A stretch of DNA of 64,000 nucleotides, taken from an uncultured Clostridium sp. Lineage in GTDB: Bacteria > Bacillota > Clostridia > TANB77 > CAG-508. Below, one piece after another: positions 21,135 to 31,940 of this stretch. Under the pieces are notes generated by a model. The model was not told the DNA's origin and did no database searches. It worked only from the letters and a program-made list of their open reading frames with translations. The stretch spans positions 4,025 through 68,024 of the forward strand of contig CAKNKX010000004.1 in assembly GCA_930987745.1 (NCBI GenBank), read 5' to 3'. Position 1 is the stretch's first letter, and the number at the start of each line of letters is the position of its first letter. The position numbers and the translations under genes are program-made.

Positions 21135-22997
21135 ATGAAAACTTTAGAGGAACTACATAAAATAAGGGAAGAAAAGAGAAGAGAATTAGATTTAAGAGTA
21201 AATACTAAAGCAGATACAAGAGAAAAACATATATTAGTATGTCATGGAACAGGTTGTACATCTTCTAAATCTCCAGAAATATTAGAAAATTTTAGAAGAA
21301 TATTAAAAGAAAAGAAAATTGATAACGTAAGAGTTATAAAAACTGGATGTTTTGGTTTGTGTGCTAAAGGGCCAATTGTAATAATTAGACCTGAAGATAC
21401 ATTTTATGCAAATGTAACACCAGAAGATTGTGAAGAAATAATAGAATCACATATAGTAGAAGGCAAAATAGTAGAAAGATTACTTTGTAAAGATATTGAT
21501 GGAACTAAAGTAAAATCTTTAGATGAATTAAATTTCTATAAAAAGCAAAAAAGAATAGCACTTAAAAACTGCCGGAGTTATAAATCCTGAAGAAATAGAT
21601 GAATATATTGCTTTTGATGGATATAGAGCATTAGAAAAAGTACTAAAAGAAATGAACTCAGATGAAGTAATAGATGTTATAAAAAAATCAGGACTTCGTG
21701 GTAGAGGTGGAGCTGGATTTCCTACAGGTAAGAAATGGGAACTTACAAAAGCAAATGAAAGTGACCAAAAATATGTTGTTTGTAATGCAGATGAGGGAGA
21801 CCCAGGAGCATTTATGGATAGAAGTATCCTAGAAGGTGACCCACATTCAGTTTTAGAAGCAATGGAAATAGCAGGGTATGCAATAGGAGCAAATAAAGGA
21901 TTTATCTATGTAAGAGCAGAATATCCAATAGCTGTTACAAGACTTCAAATTGCAATTGACCAAGCAAGAGATTATGGAATACTTGGTAAAAATATATTTG
22001 GAACAGGTTTTGATTTTGATATTGAAATTAGATTAGGTGCAGGAGCATTTGTATGTGGTGAAGAAACAGCACTTTTAGAATCAATAGAAGGAAAACGTCG
22101 GTCAACCTCGTGTAAAACCTCCATATCCTGCAGAGGCAGGTTTATGGGGAAAACCAACTCTTATAAACAATGTTGAAACATATGCAAATATTGCTCAGAT
22201 AATTCTAAAAGGTGCAGAATGGTATTCTTCAATAGGAACAGAAAAATCAAAAGGAACTAAAGTATTTGCATTAGGTGGAAATGTAAATAATATTGGATTA
22301 GTTGAAGTGCCTATGGGAACTACTTTAAGAGAAATTGTATATGACATAGGTGGAGGAATTCCAAATGGAAGAGATTTTAAAGCAGCACAAACAGGAGGTC
22401 CTTCAGGAGGATGTATTCCAAAAGAACACCTAGATACACCAATAGATTATGAGTCTTTAAAAGAAATAGGCTCTATGATGGGATCTGGTGGATTAATTGT
22501 TATGGATAATACAAAATGTATGGTGTCTTTAGCTAAGTTCTATTTAGAATTTACTGTAAGTGAAAGTTGTCGGAAAATGTACACCTTGTAGAATTGGAAC
22601 AAAAAGAATGTTAGAAATATTACAAAATCTTTGTGATGGAAAAGGTGAAGAAATAGATATATACAGATTAGAAACATTAGCAAAAAACATACAAAAATCT
22701 AGTATATGTGGACTAGGACAAAGTGCACCAAACCCAGTAATAAGTACTCTAAATTATTTTAGAGAAGAATTTAAAGAACATGCAATAGAAAAAGTATGTA
22801 GAACAGCTGAATGTAAGGCACTTGCAAAAATAGGAATAGATGAAGAAAAATGTAAAGGCTGTGGCTTATGCCAAAAACATTGTCCAGTAGATGCAATTAA
22901 AGGAGAGGGCAGAGAAAAAAGAGTAATAGATCAAGATTTATGTATTAAATGTGGTACTTGTATTGCAACTTGTCCATTCCATGCGATTGGAAATTAA
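21135..22997 (+). CDS. [FeFe]-hydrogenase NADH/FMN-binding subunit (NuoF/HydB-like); needs +1 skips at 21573, 22099 and 22571
   Basis: Restored [50 protein letters not shown]; C-terminal 2x4Fe-4S. Confidence 0.92.
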
Positions 22998-23014
22998 GTA
23001 TAGGAGGAAAAGCA

Positions 23015-24766
23015 ATGGAAGATAATATGGTTACATTAACAATAGATGGAGAAACAGTAAAAGCTAAAAAAGGAACTACAATCTTGCAAGCAGCAAAACA
23101 AGCAGGTATTGATATTCCAACATTATGTTTTTTAAAAGACATAAATGAAGTTGGAGACTGTAGAATGTGTATTGTAGAAGTAGAGGGAAGAAGAGGCTTT
23201 GCTACTTCTTGTATTCAAACTGTAGAAGAAGGAATGGTAGTACATACTCATACACCAAATGTATTAGAAGCAAGACGTACAGTACTTGATTTGATAATTT
23301 CAAATCATGCAAAAGACTGTTTAACTTGCACACGTTCAGGAAATTGTGAACTACAAAAATTAGCTACTAAATTTAATGTTTTACATGTAGAATATCCAGG
23401 AGAAATGACAAAACACAAAATAGATGATAAATCACCAGCACTAGTTAGAGATTTTAATAAATGTATTTTATGTAGAAGATGTGTTGCAACATGTAAAAAT
23501 GTACAAGGAATTGGTGCAATTGATTGTATAAATAGAGGATTTGAATCATGTATATCAACAGTTGGAGACCATAGCTTAAATGATGTAAATTGCACATTTT
23601 GTGGTCAATGTATAGAAGCTTGTCCTACAGGAGCTTTACATGAAAAAGAAACTATAAAAGAAGCATGGGCAAAATTAAAAGACCCAGACACATATGTTAT
23701 TGCTCAAACTGCACCATCAATTAGAGTGGCACTTGGCGAAGAATTTGGTATGGATATCGGAACAAATGTAGAAGGTAAAATGATAACAGCCCTAAAAAGA
23801 TTAGGATTCAATAAAGTTTTTGATACAAATACAGGAGCAGATTTTACAATAATGGAAGAAGCAACTGAATTTGTAGAAAGATTTAAGGAAAACGCAGAAC
23901 TTCCTATGATGACATCTTGCTGTCCAGGATGGGTAAGATATATTGAAGAAAATTACCCAGAATTACTTCCACATTTGTCAAGTTGTAAATCACCACATCA
24001 AATGTTTGGAGCTTTATTAAAGACATATTATGCTAAAAAAGAAAATATTGACCCAAGTAAAATTTATGTGATATCTATTATGCCATGTGTTGCTAAAAAG
24101 TTTGAAGCAATAAGGCCAGAAATGAAAAATGACGGACTTTATGATGTAGATAATGTAATTACTACACGTGAGCTTTCTAGAATGATTAAACAGGCAAATA
24201 TTGAATTTACAAAATTAGAGGACTCAGAATTTGATAATCCAATGGGAGAAGCAACAGGAGCAGCAGCAATTTTTGGGACAACAGGAGGAGTTATGGAAGC
24301 TGCATTAAGAACTGCTGGAGATTTATTAACAGGAGAAGATTTAGAAAAAATAGATTTTAAAGAAGTTCGTGGAGGAAAAGGAATTAAAAAAGCAACTGTA
24401 AATATAGCAGGAAAAGAAATTAAAGTAGTTGCAGCAAGTGGATTAAAAAATGCTAGAGAAATATTAGAAGAAATAAAGAGTGGAAAAGCAGATTATCAAT
24501 TTGTAGAAATAATGGCATGTCCAGGTGGATGTATAATGGGAGGAGGGCAACCAATAAAAAGTTCTAAAATTAGAGCTGATGTAGATGTAAGAAAACTACG
24601 TTCAGAAGCCCTATATACAATAGATGAAAAATCTACAATTAGGAAATCACATGAAAATCCAGTACTTAAAACAATATATAAAGAATATTTAGGAAATCCT
24701 GGAGGAGAATTAGCTCATAAATTATTACATACTCATTATGAAAAAAGAGAAAAATATAATATTTAA
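23015..24766 (+). CDS. hydA: [FeFe]-hydrogenase catalytic subunit (group A)
   Basis: H-cluster motifs TSCCPGW, MPCVAKKFE and EIMACPGGCIMGGGQP. Confidence 0.95.
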   Translation: MEDNMVTLTIDGETVKAKKGTTILQAAKQAGIDIPTLCFLKDINEVGDCRMCIVEVEGRRGFATSCIQTVEEGMVVHTHTPNVLEARRTVLDLIISNHAKDCLTCTRSGNCELQKLATKFNVLHVEYPGEMTKHKIDDKSPALVRDFNKCILCRRCVATCKNVQGIGAIDCINRGFESCISTVGDHSLNDVNCTFCGQCIEACPTGALHEKETIKEAWAKLKDPDTYVIAQTAPSIRVALGEEFGMDIGTNVEGKMITALKRLGFNKVFDTNTGADFTIMEEATEFVERFKENAELPMMTSCCPGWVRYIEENYPELLPHLSSCKSPHQMFGALLKTYYAKKENIDPSKIYVISIMPCVAKKFEAIRPEMKNDGLYDVDNVITTRELSRMIKQANIEFTKLEDSEFDNPMGEATGAAAIFGTTGGVMEAALRTAGDLLTGEDLEKIDFKEVRGGKGIKKATVNIAGKEIKVVAASGLKNAREILEEIKSGKADYQFVEIMACPGGCIMGGGQPIKSSKIRADVDVRKLRSEALYTIDEKSTIRKSHENPVLKTIYKEYLGNPGGELAHKLLHTHYEKREKYNI

Positions 24767-24794
24767 TGTAAAGTTAAGAAATGGTGGTGGAAAA

Positions 24795-25439
24795 ATGCAA
24801 AATTATAAATCTGATAATGTAATGGTATTAAATAATCCTTTAATACAACATAAATTAGCTATTATTAGAAACAAAAATACAGGAACAAAAGAATTTAGAG
24901 AAATTATAGGTGAAATTGCAACAATCCTTTGTTATCACGCTTTAGAAGATGCTAAATTAAATGAAGTTGAAATAGAAACACCTATATGTAAAACAAAAGT
25001 AAAAATGATAAATGAAGATGAATATGCATTTGTACCAATATTAAGAGCTGGAACAGGTATGATAGACGGATTATTGAAAATAATACCAAATGCCAAAATA
25101 GGACATATTGGTTTATATAGAGATGAAAAAACATTTAAACCTATAAAATATTATTATAAAATGCCAAAAGATATACAAAAAAGAGAAGTTATAATATTAG
25201 ACCCAATGCTTGCAACTGGTGGCTCTGCAACAGATGCTATACAAATGTTAAAAGATGATGGGGTAAAAAAGATTAAATTTTTATCTATAATATCTGCACC
25301 AGAAGGAATAAAAAAATTAACAGAAAAATATCCAGATGTAAAAATATATACAGCATGTATTGATGAAAAATTAAATGATAAAGCATATATTATACCTGGA
25401 TTAGGTGATGCAGGAGATAGAATATTTGGAACAAATTAA
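24795..25439 (+). CDS. upp: uracil phosphoribosyltransferase
   Basis: VPILRAG, DPMLATGGS and YIIPGLGDAGDR. Confidence 0.95.
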   Translation: MQNYKSDNVMVLNNPLIQHKLAIIRNKNTGTKEFREIIGEIATILCYHALEDAKLNEVEIETPICKTKVKMINEDEYAFVPILRAGTGMIDGLLKIIPNAKIGHIGLYRDEKTFKPIKYYYKMPKDIQKREVIILDPMLATGGSATDAIQMLKDDGVKKIKFLSIISAPEGIKKLTEKYPDVKIYTACIDEKLNDKAYIIPGLGDAGDRIFGTN

Positions 25440-25454
25440 TTGGAACAAACTAAT

Positions 25455-25485
25455 TAAAAAAGAAGAGATTTTCTCTTCTTTTTTA
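25455..25485. terminator. bidirectional terminator
   Basis: AAAAAAGAAGAG-ATTTT-CTCTTCTTTTTT. Confidence 0.7.
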
Positions 25486-25494
25486 AACATTAAT

Positions 25495-25584
25495 TTATTT
25501 ATTATTGTTTTGTCTTTCATTGTTGTTATTATTAGAATTATTGTTTTTATTGTCGTTTTTTCTTTCATTTTTCTTCTTTGACAT
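25495..25584 (-). CDS. 29-aa Asn/Lys-rich peptide (not in the ORF track)
   Basis: GGAGGTG SD 6 nt before ATG; MSKKKNERKNDNKNNNSNNNNNERQNNNK; followed by a terminator. Confidence 0.5.
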   Translation of the reverse strand: MSKKKNERKNDNKNNNSNNNNNERQNNNK

Positions 25585-25730
25585 AAAAAGCACCTCCATT
25601 TAAAAGTTTAATAATATTTTTACCTTTAAATTTAAAAAATATACATTAAAATTTGTTTTTTAATAAATTATAGTATATAATACCTTTGAAAAATACATAA
25701 AATAGATAACAAGGAGGAAAAATAATATAA

Positions 25731-27140
25731 ATGGATTTTGAAAATAAAAGATTACAAGAATTTAATGAATATATAAAATTTAGAAAAGTGGCAATAATAG
25801 GACTTGGTGTAAGTAATATTCCACTTCTTGATTATTTTTTTCAAAAAAAAGCAAGAGTTACAGTTTTTGATGAAAGAGAAATAGAAAAAATCCCAAATGA
25901 ACTAATACAAAAATTAAACAATTATGAGTTTAAATATGTATTTGGAAAAAATTGTTTAAAAAACTTAGGAAGTTTTAATTTTAATATTATTCTACGTTCT
26001 CCTAGTTGTTTACCAACAAGAAAAGAATTAGAAGATGCAAGTTCAAATGGAGCTTTAGTTACATCAGAAATAGAACTTTTAATGGAAATGGCACCTTGTA
26101 AGATTATTGGAGTAACAGGAAGTGACGGAAAAACAACAACAACAAGTTTAATAAATAGCATTTTACAAAAAGGCGGATATAAAACATATTTAGGTGGTAA
26201 TATCGGAACACCTTTATTTACTAAATTAGAAGAAATAAAGCCACAAGATATATTAGTTCTTGAACTTAGTAGTTTTCAATTAATGGGAATGGAAATCAGT
26301 CCAAATATTGCAGTTATTACTAATATAACACCAAACCATTTAAATATTCATAAAGACTATGAAGAATATATAAATGCTAAGAAAAACATATTTAAATATC
26401 AAGGTGAAGATGATACTGTTATTTTAAATTATGATAATGAAATCACAAGAAACTGCAAAAAGGAAGCAAAAGGAAAAGTCATATTTTTTAGTGGAAAAGA
26501 AAAATTAGATGATGGATTTATTGTAGATGACAAAATTATTAAAGAATGTGATGATAGAATAAGAAAACACGTATTAGATTGTAGAGAAGTAATTTTAAGA
26601 GGAGAACATAATTATGAAAATATTGCAACAGCATTTGCTGCAACTAAAGATTTAGTTGATATAGATGTGGCAGTAGAAGCTGTAAAAGAATTTAAACCAG
26701 TAGAACATAGATTAGAATTTGTAAGAGAAATAAATGATGTTAAATGGTATAATGATTCTGTTAGTTCTTCTCCAACAAGAACAATAGCAGGTCTAAATTC
26801 ATTTGATGAAGAAATAGTTTTAATTGCTGGTGGATATGATAAAAATTTAGATTATACACCAATTGCAAAACCAATAGTAGATAAAGTAAAAACTTTAATA
26901 CTAATTGGGCAAACTTCAGATAAAATATTTGATGCTGTAAAAGAAGAACTAGAAAAAGAAAATAAAGAACTAAATATATATATGTGTAATTCTTTAAAAG
27001 AAACAGTAGAACTTGCAAGAAAGTCTGCAAAACCTGGGCAAATAGTATTATTTTCTCCTGCAAGTGCAAGTTTTGATATGTTTAAAAATTTTGCAGATAG
27101 AGGAGAACAATTTAAAGAACTTGTAAATGAAATCAATTAA
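25731..27140 (+). CDS. murD: UDP-N-acetylmuramoyl-L-alanine--D-glutamate ligase
   Basis: GVTGSDGKTTT, LELSSFQL, EHRLEFV and SPASASFDMF. Confidence 0.95.
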   Translation: MDFENKRLQEFNEYIKFRKVAIIGLGVSNIPLLDYFFQKKARVTVFDEREIEKIPNELIQKLNNYEFKYVFGKNCLKNLGSFNFNIILRSPSCLPTRKELEDASSNGALVTSEIELLMEMAPCKIIGVTGSDGKTTTTSLINSILQKGGYKTYLGGNIGTPLFTKLEEIKPQDILVLELSSFQLMGMEISPNIAVITNITPNHLNIHKDYEEYINAKKNIFKYQGEDDTVILNYDNEITRNCKKEAKGKVIFFSGKEKLDDGFIVDDKIIKECDDRIRKHVLDCREVILRGEHNYENIATAFAATKDLVDIDVAVEAVKEFKPVEHRLEFVREINDVKWYNDSVSSSPTRTIAGLNSFDEEIVLIAGGYDKNLDYTPIAKPIVDKVKTLILIGQTSDKIFDAVKEELEKENKELNIYMCNSLKETVELARKSAKPGQIVLFSPASASFDMFKNFADRGEQFKELVNEIN

Positions 27141-27206
27141 AATAAACTAAGAACAGAAAACCACTTTTATACATAAAATAAATATAAGTATAAAGGAGGT
27201 TTTTTT

Positions 27207-27816
27207 ATGTATAATAGCTATGAAGATTACATAAGGAGTGTATTAGGATATGATAATATGCAAAATCAGATGAACACAAATATGACAAATAATTATTCAG
27301 AAAATAACATGAACAATTTATCTATGTCTGATAGAGAAATTGAAGAATGTTATCCAGAAATATATAAAGTTATATATCCTATGATTCAATCTAGATGTCA
27401 GAGAAATACAAGGCCAGTAACAAGAGAACTAATAGATGAAATGACAGAGGAAATTTATCAGGCAGTAGAAGGAAATGTTTCTTTTGATGAGGATTTACGG
27501 AGAAAATAGGGGAGAAATAAAAAATAGAGTAGTAGCAAATGAAAAACAAGTTAAAACAAAAGAAAATAAACCTGAAAATAGAGGAGAGAACAGAGTAGAA
27601 AATAGACAAAGGAGAAATACTGGATTACAAAATTTAATAAGAATATTATTAATTAGAGAACTTTTGAGAAGACCTAATAGACCGCCTGTAAGACCACCTA
27701 TGCCAGGGCCAAGACCACCATTTCCAGGAGGACCAAATCCGGGCTCTAGACCACCTATAATGCCTAGAAGTTATGGATATAATTCTTTTTATAATGACAT
27801 ATATGAGCAATTTTAG
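27207..27816 (+). CDS. Pro-rich hypothetical protein, possibly spore-coat-like; needs +1 skip at CGG 27498-27500
   Basis: YPEIYKVIYPMI N-part joins the LIRILLIRELL/Pro-rich C-part via TTA (C)GGA GAA. Confidence 0.7.
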
Positions 27817-27885
27817 TTGAAAGTATTGACATAATGTGGTATAATATAATTGTCTTAAAGGGCAAGTTGCCCGAGGAGGTATAGT

Positions 27886-28362
27886 ATGGACAATCAAAAA
27901 CACGAGCGGAAGTTCGAAGAACTTGAACTTCAGACAGCACAAATTTTCTCGCAGAAGTTTCTGAAACGTTTGCAGAAAATGGGTTATCGGCCAGGGGTCG
28001 ATAAGCTTGAATTATCGACTAACTTCAGTACAGAATTCACCATCATTAGACATCTACATGATGCATGTTATGCAGGTGGGCTCGTGAAGTTTTTTCTGTT
28101 AAAAATCCCTGATAAATATAAGCCCAAAAACAAGAATAAGAAGGGGAATACTACTGAAGAATCATGGTCTGAAAGCCTAGCGCTGGAAGATATTTTTGCA
28201 CAAAAGATTCTAGAAACTTTGGAATCTTTAGGATGCAATGATTCGTCAAGACTTAGATTTTCGACGAATTACAAGAACCATACGACGACAATTGTTTATA
28301 AAAAAACAGTACTAAGGGAAGATTATTTTGATGTAATCATCCCTGACCAAGTAAGAGAGTGA
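27886..28362 (+). CDS. orphan hypothetical protein with atypical codon usage (in-frame CGG at 27907 and 27988)
   Basis: TTGACA..TATAAT-like promoter, GGAGG RBS, 158 aa ORF. Confidence 0.6.
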   Translation: MDNQKHERKFEELELQTAQIFSQKFLKRLQKMGYRPGVDKLELSTNFSTEFTIIRHLHDACYAGGLVKFFLLKIPDKYKPKNKNKKGNTTEESWSESLALEDIFAQKILETLESLGCNDSSRLRFSTNYKNHTTTIVYKKTVLREDYFDVIIPDQVRE

Positions 28363-28541
28363 GAATTCGCTCTCTTTTCCCATTTAAAATTATATATAGA
28401 ATATAAAAAATCCAAAAAGATATTTTTTTAGTTTCATGTTTCTTCAAACTTATTTTTAAAAATTTTTCAAAAATTTGCATCAATATTTTAAAAAAATTTA
28501 CACATACTAAATTTAGATTATTTTGAAAGGTGGTAATTTTT

Positions 28542-28979
28542 ATGAAAGTAAGTAGATGTATGTGTGAAAATGTTTGTCAGGTAACTCCAGAAACAAATAT
28601 AAAAGAAGTTGCAAAATTAATGCAAGAAAATAAAGTGGGATGTATACCTGTTTGTAACGATAATAAGGTATGTGGAATAGTAACAGATAGAGACTTAGTT
28701 TTAAGAGGAATGGCTTGTGGAAAAAATATAGATACAACAAAAGTAAGTGATATAATGACATGTAATCCTTGTACTTGCAGTGAAGATGATGATATAGAAA
28801 AAGCAGAAGATTTAATGGCAGAAAATCAAATAAAAAGAATACCAGTTTGTGATAATAACAATAATATTGTAGGTATGCTTTCCATAGGAAATTTATTCAA
28901 AAATCATGAGGATTTAAATGAAGATGAATTATGTTACACTTTAGAATGTATTTGTAAAAACTCAAATAAAAATGCTTAA
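28542..28979 (+). CDS. CBS domain pair protein
   Basis: GIVTDRDLV and KVSDIMT; GCAT...CATACTA sporulation-type promoter upstream. Confidence 0.9.
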   Translation: MKVSRCMCENVCQVTPETNIKEVAKLMQENKVGCIPVCNDNKVCGIVTDRDLVLRGMACGKNIDTTKVSDIMTCNPCTCSEDDDIEKAEDLMAENQIKRIPVCDNNNNIVGMLSIGNLFKNHEDLNEDELCYTLECICKNSNKNA

Positions 28980-29043
28980 AATTTTACTATTAAGAACGGA
29001 TATAATCCGTTCTTTTTACATACAATAAAATAGGGAGGAAATC

Positions 29044-30142
29044 ATGGTTTACGATTTTTCTTATTGGACAAGAGTATTAAAAAGAATATTATATGTTGTA
29101 TTTATATTAATTGGACTATATGTAGCATTAAAATTGTCTATATTTTATATGCCGTTTTTAGTAGCTTTCATAATTTCACTTATGATAGAACCTGCTATAA
29201 AAAAGATAATGAAAAAAACAAATTTGACAAGAAGAACAAGTGCAATTATTATATTTATATTGGTATCTATAATAATTATAGGTGGTTTAGCTTGGTTAAT
29301 ATTTTCTCTATTTTCAGAAGCATCTAGTTTGCTTCAAAGTTTGAATAATTATTTTGATAAAGCATACATACAGTTTCAAAATCTTATCTCAAACTTTAAT
29401 TTCGACAAAATTCACTTGTCAGAAGAGTTTTTAAATGTTATACAAAATTCGACATCAGATATATTAAATACCGCATCAGATTGGCTTAAAAATGCATTAG
29501 GTGGGCTAATAGATTTTGCAACAAGCTTACCAACAATTGCTATATGTATAGGAATAACAGTTGTTGCACTTTACTTTATTTGTGTTGATAAAATATATAT
29601 ATTAGACCAATTAGAACATCATATGCCAAGAGTATGGGTAAAAAAATTAAGATTTCACTTACATGACTTGACACATACATTAGGTGGATATTTAAAAGCA
29701 GAAGCGACATTAATTCTAGTTTCTTTTATTATTTCACTAATTGGACTATATATATTAGTATTTCTTGGATTTAATATTAAATATCCTCTACTTATGGCAT
29801 TATTTATAGGGTTTGTTGATGCACTTCCAATTTTAGGTTCTGGTACTGTAATGATACCATGGGCAATAATTTCCGCAATTAATGGAGATATTAATTTAGG
29901 ACTTGCAATTATAGTACTTTTAATAATTATGTCTGTTGTAAGGCAATTACTAGAGCCAAAGCTTGTGAGCAAAAATATAGGAGTTCATCCAATTTTTACG
30001 TTAATTGCCATGTATACAGGTTTTAAAGTTATAGGGGTGATTCGGATTATTAGTAGGTCCAATTGTTTTAATTTTATTTAAAAATATTTTTGCAAGTCTT
30101 ATTGACCAGGGTGTGTTTAAGACAATTTTTGATAAAAATTAG
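29044..30142 (+). CDS. ytvI: sporulation membrane protein YtvI (AI-2E family); needs +1 skip at CGG 30043-30045
   Basis: VDALPILGSG, RQLLEPKLV..IGVHP; GVI-(C)GGA-LLVGP restores the GxxGxxxGP end. Confidence 0.88.
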
Positions 30143-30233
30143 AAAAGTAACAAGTTAAATATCTTAAATATCTTGAGAAATATTAACTTTTATGGTAAAA
30201 TATATATATGTTTATTTAAGGAGAGGTTGAAAT

Positions 30234-30740
30234 ATGGCAGGTTATGTAATACACATTGCTGTTGCCCAAGAATATTTAAGAAAACATAATAAAGAATATA
30301 ATAGGGATTTTATTTTAGGTTCAGTTTTACCAGATTTAACCAAAGATAAATCAAAGACTCATTATGGCAAATCTCCAGCATATACAAATTTAAAAAAATT
30401 TCTATTATTTAATGATTTATCAACAGAATTAAATAAAGGAGAATTTGTACATTTAATTACAGACTATTTATTTTATAATCATTATTTAGAATTCTTTTCA
30501 AAAAAAGATATTTATAATGATTATGATATATCTAATAAGAGTATAATTGAAAAATATAATGTAAAATTATTAGATGAAATTAAAGATACAGTTTTTTTAA
30601 AAGAAGGAGAAATGAAAGTTTTAAATTTTTCTCTTATTTATAAACTAATAGATGAAATATCAGATATTGATTTAGAAACAGTAAAAAAAGAAGTTTTAGA
30701 AGATAATAAAAAGTGGACTTATTATAAAAATATAGTATAA
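30234..30740 (+). CDS. zinc-dependent phospholipase C-like hypothetical protein
   Basis: N-terminal H..A, LGSVLPD and HLITD motifs. Confidence 0.55.
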   Translation: MAGYVIHIAVAQEYLRKHNKEYNRDFILGSVLPDLTKDKSKTHYGKSPAYTNLKKFLLFNDLSTELNKGEFVHLITDYLFYNHYLEFFSKKDIYNDYDISNKSIIEKYNVKLLDEIKDTVFLKEGEMKVLNFSLIYKLIDEISDIDLETVKKEVLEDNKKWTYYKNIV

Positions 30741-30833
30741 AGAAAAACATTTAATGACAAATCAAAGTTTACTAAATACAAAAATAAATCAAAATATATA
30801 CAAGGAATAAAAAATATAAATAGGTGATGAAAA

Positions 30834-31712
30834 ATGATAGATATGCACATACATACAAATAATTCAGATGGAACAGATACAATAGAGGAATTATTAAAAA
30901 AAGCTGGAAAGTTAAATTTGAAATATATATCTATAACCGATCATGACACATGTAAAGGATATGAAGAATTAGAACAAATAGATGCAAAGAAATTATTTAC
31001 TGGAAATATTGTTAAAGGCATTGAAATGAAATGTTCATATAAAAAAAGAACTATTGAAGTATTAGGTTATAAAATTAACACCAAAATAATGCAAGAATGG
31101 TTAGATGATTTTTACAAAGACAAAAAAAGAGAAGACTTACAATTAAAATATTTTAATTTATTATATGAAAAATGTATGAAAATGGGACTAACATTAGATA
31201 ACGAAAGAAGTATTAAATGGAATCCAAGTAATGATTGGGCGAGTTTTGTTATATATACTGAAATAAAAAAACATGAATCAAACCGAAATAAAGTTCCAGA
31301 AGATTTATGGGAAACATTCTCAGCTTTTAGTAGAAAGTATTGTAATAATCCTGAACATGTTTTATATATTGATAAAAGCCAAGATTATCCAAGTCTAAAA
31401 GAAGCAATACTAGCTATAAAAAGAGCAGAAGGATTAGTTTTTATGCCTCATTTGTATATCTATAAGTGGGTGGACAATAAAAATGAATTTATAAATGAGA
31501 TAGTAAATAATTATGATATTGATGGAATTGAATGTTACTATACGGATTTTACAGAGGAACAAACAAAATATTTGTTGGACTTGTGTGATAAAAATAAATT
31601 ATATAAAAGTGGTGGAAGTGACTATCATGGTAAAAATAAGCCCAAAATATCACTAGCAAAAGGGTATGGAAATCTAAATATAAGTGAAGAAATAATTAGA
31701 GAATGGATATAA
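30834..31712 (+). CDS. PHP domain metal-dependent phosphoesterase
   Basis: DMHIHT..SDG, ITDHDT and GGSDYHG. Confidence 0.9.
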   Translation: MIDMHIHTNNSDGTDTIEELLKKAGKLNLKYISITDHDTCKGYEELEQIDAKKLFTGNIVKGIEMKCSYKKRTIEVLGYKINTKIMQEWLDDFYKDKKREDLQLKYFNLLYEKCMKMGLTLDNERSIKWNPSNDWASFVIYTEIKKHESNRNKVPEDLWETFSAFSRKYCNNPEHVLYIDKSQDYPSLKEAILAIKRAEGLVFMPHLYIYKWVDNKNEFINEIVNNYDIDGIECYYTDFTEEQTKYLLDLCDKNKLYKSGGSDYHGKNKPKISLAKGYGNLNISEEIIREWI

Positions 31713-31723
31713 AGGAGGTACAT

Positions 31724-31930
31724 ATGAATAAAGAATTAAAGATGGAGCATGCCTTAGATGTTTTGAATAGAAAAATTGCAAAATATATTAGAGAGCATAA
31801 AGATGGAAATATTGATGAATTTAGAACTAAATTACGAGAATTTGCAAAAGAAGAAGAACAAATATATGAATTAAACGAAGACATAATAGAAAGAGTAATA
31901 AGAGAATATTTAAAAGATATAAAAGAATAG
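31724..31930 (+). CDS. small charged helical protein
   Basis: AAGGAGG RBS; directly upstream of the zeta-like gene. Confidence 0.6.
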   Translation: MNKELKMEHALDVLNRKIAKYIREHKDGNIDEFRTKLREFAKEEEQIYELNEDIIERVIREYLKDIKE

Positions 31931-31940
31931 GAGTTTTGAT

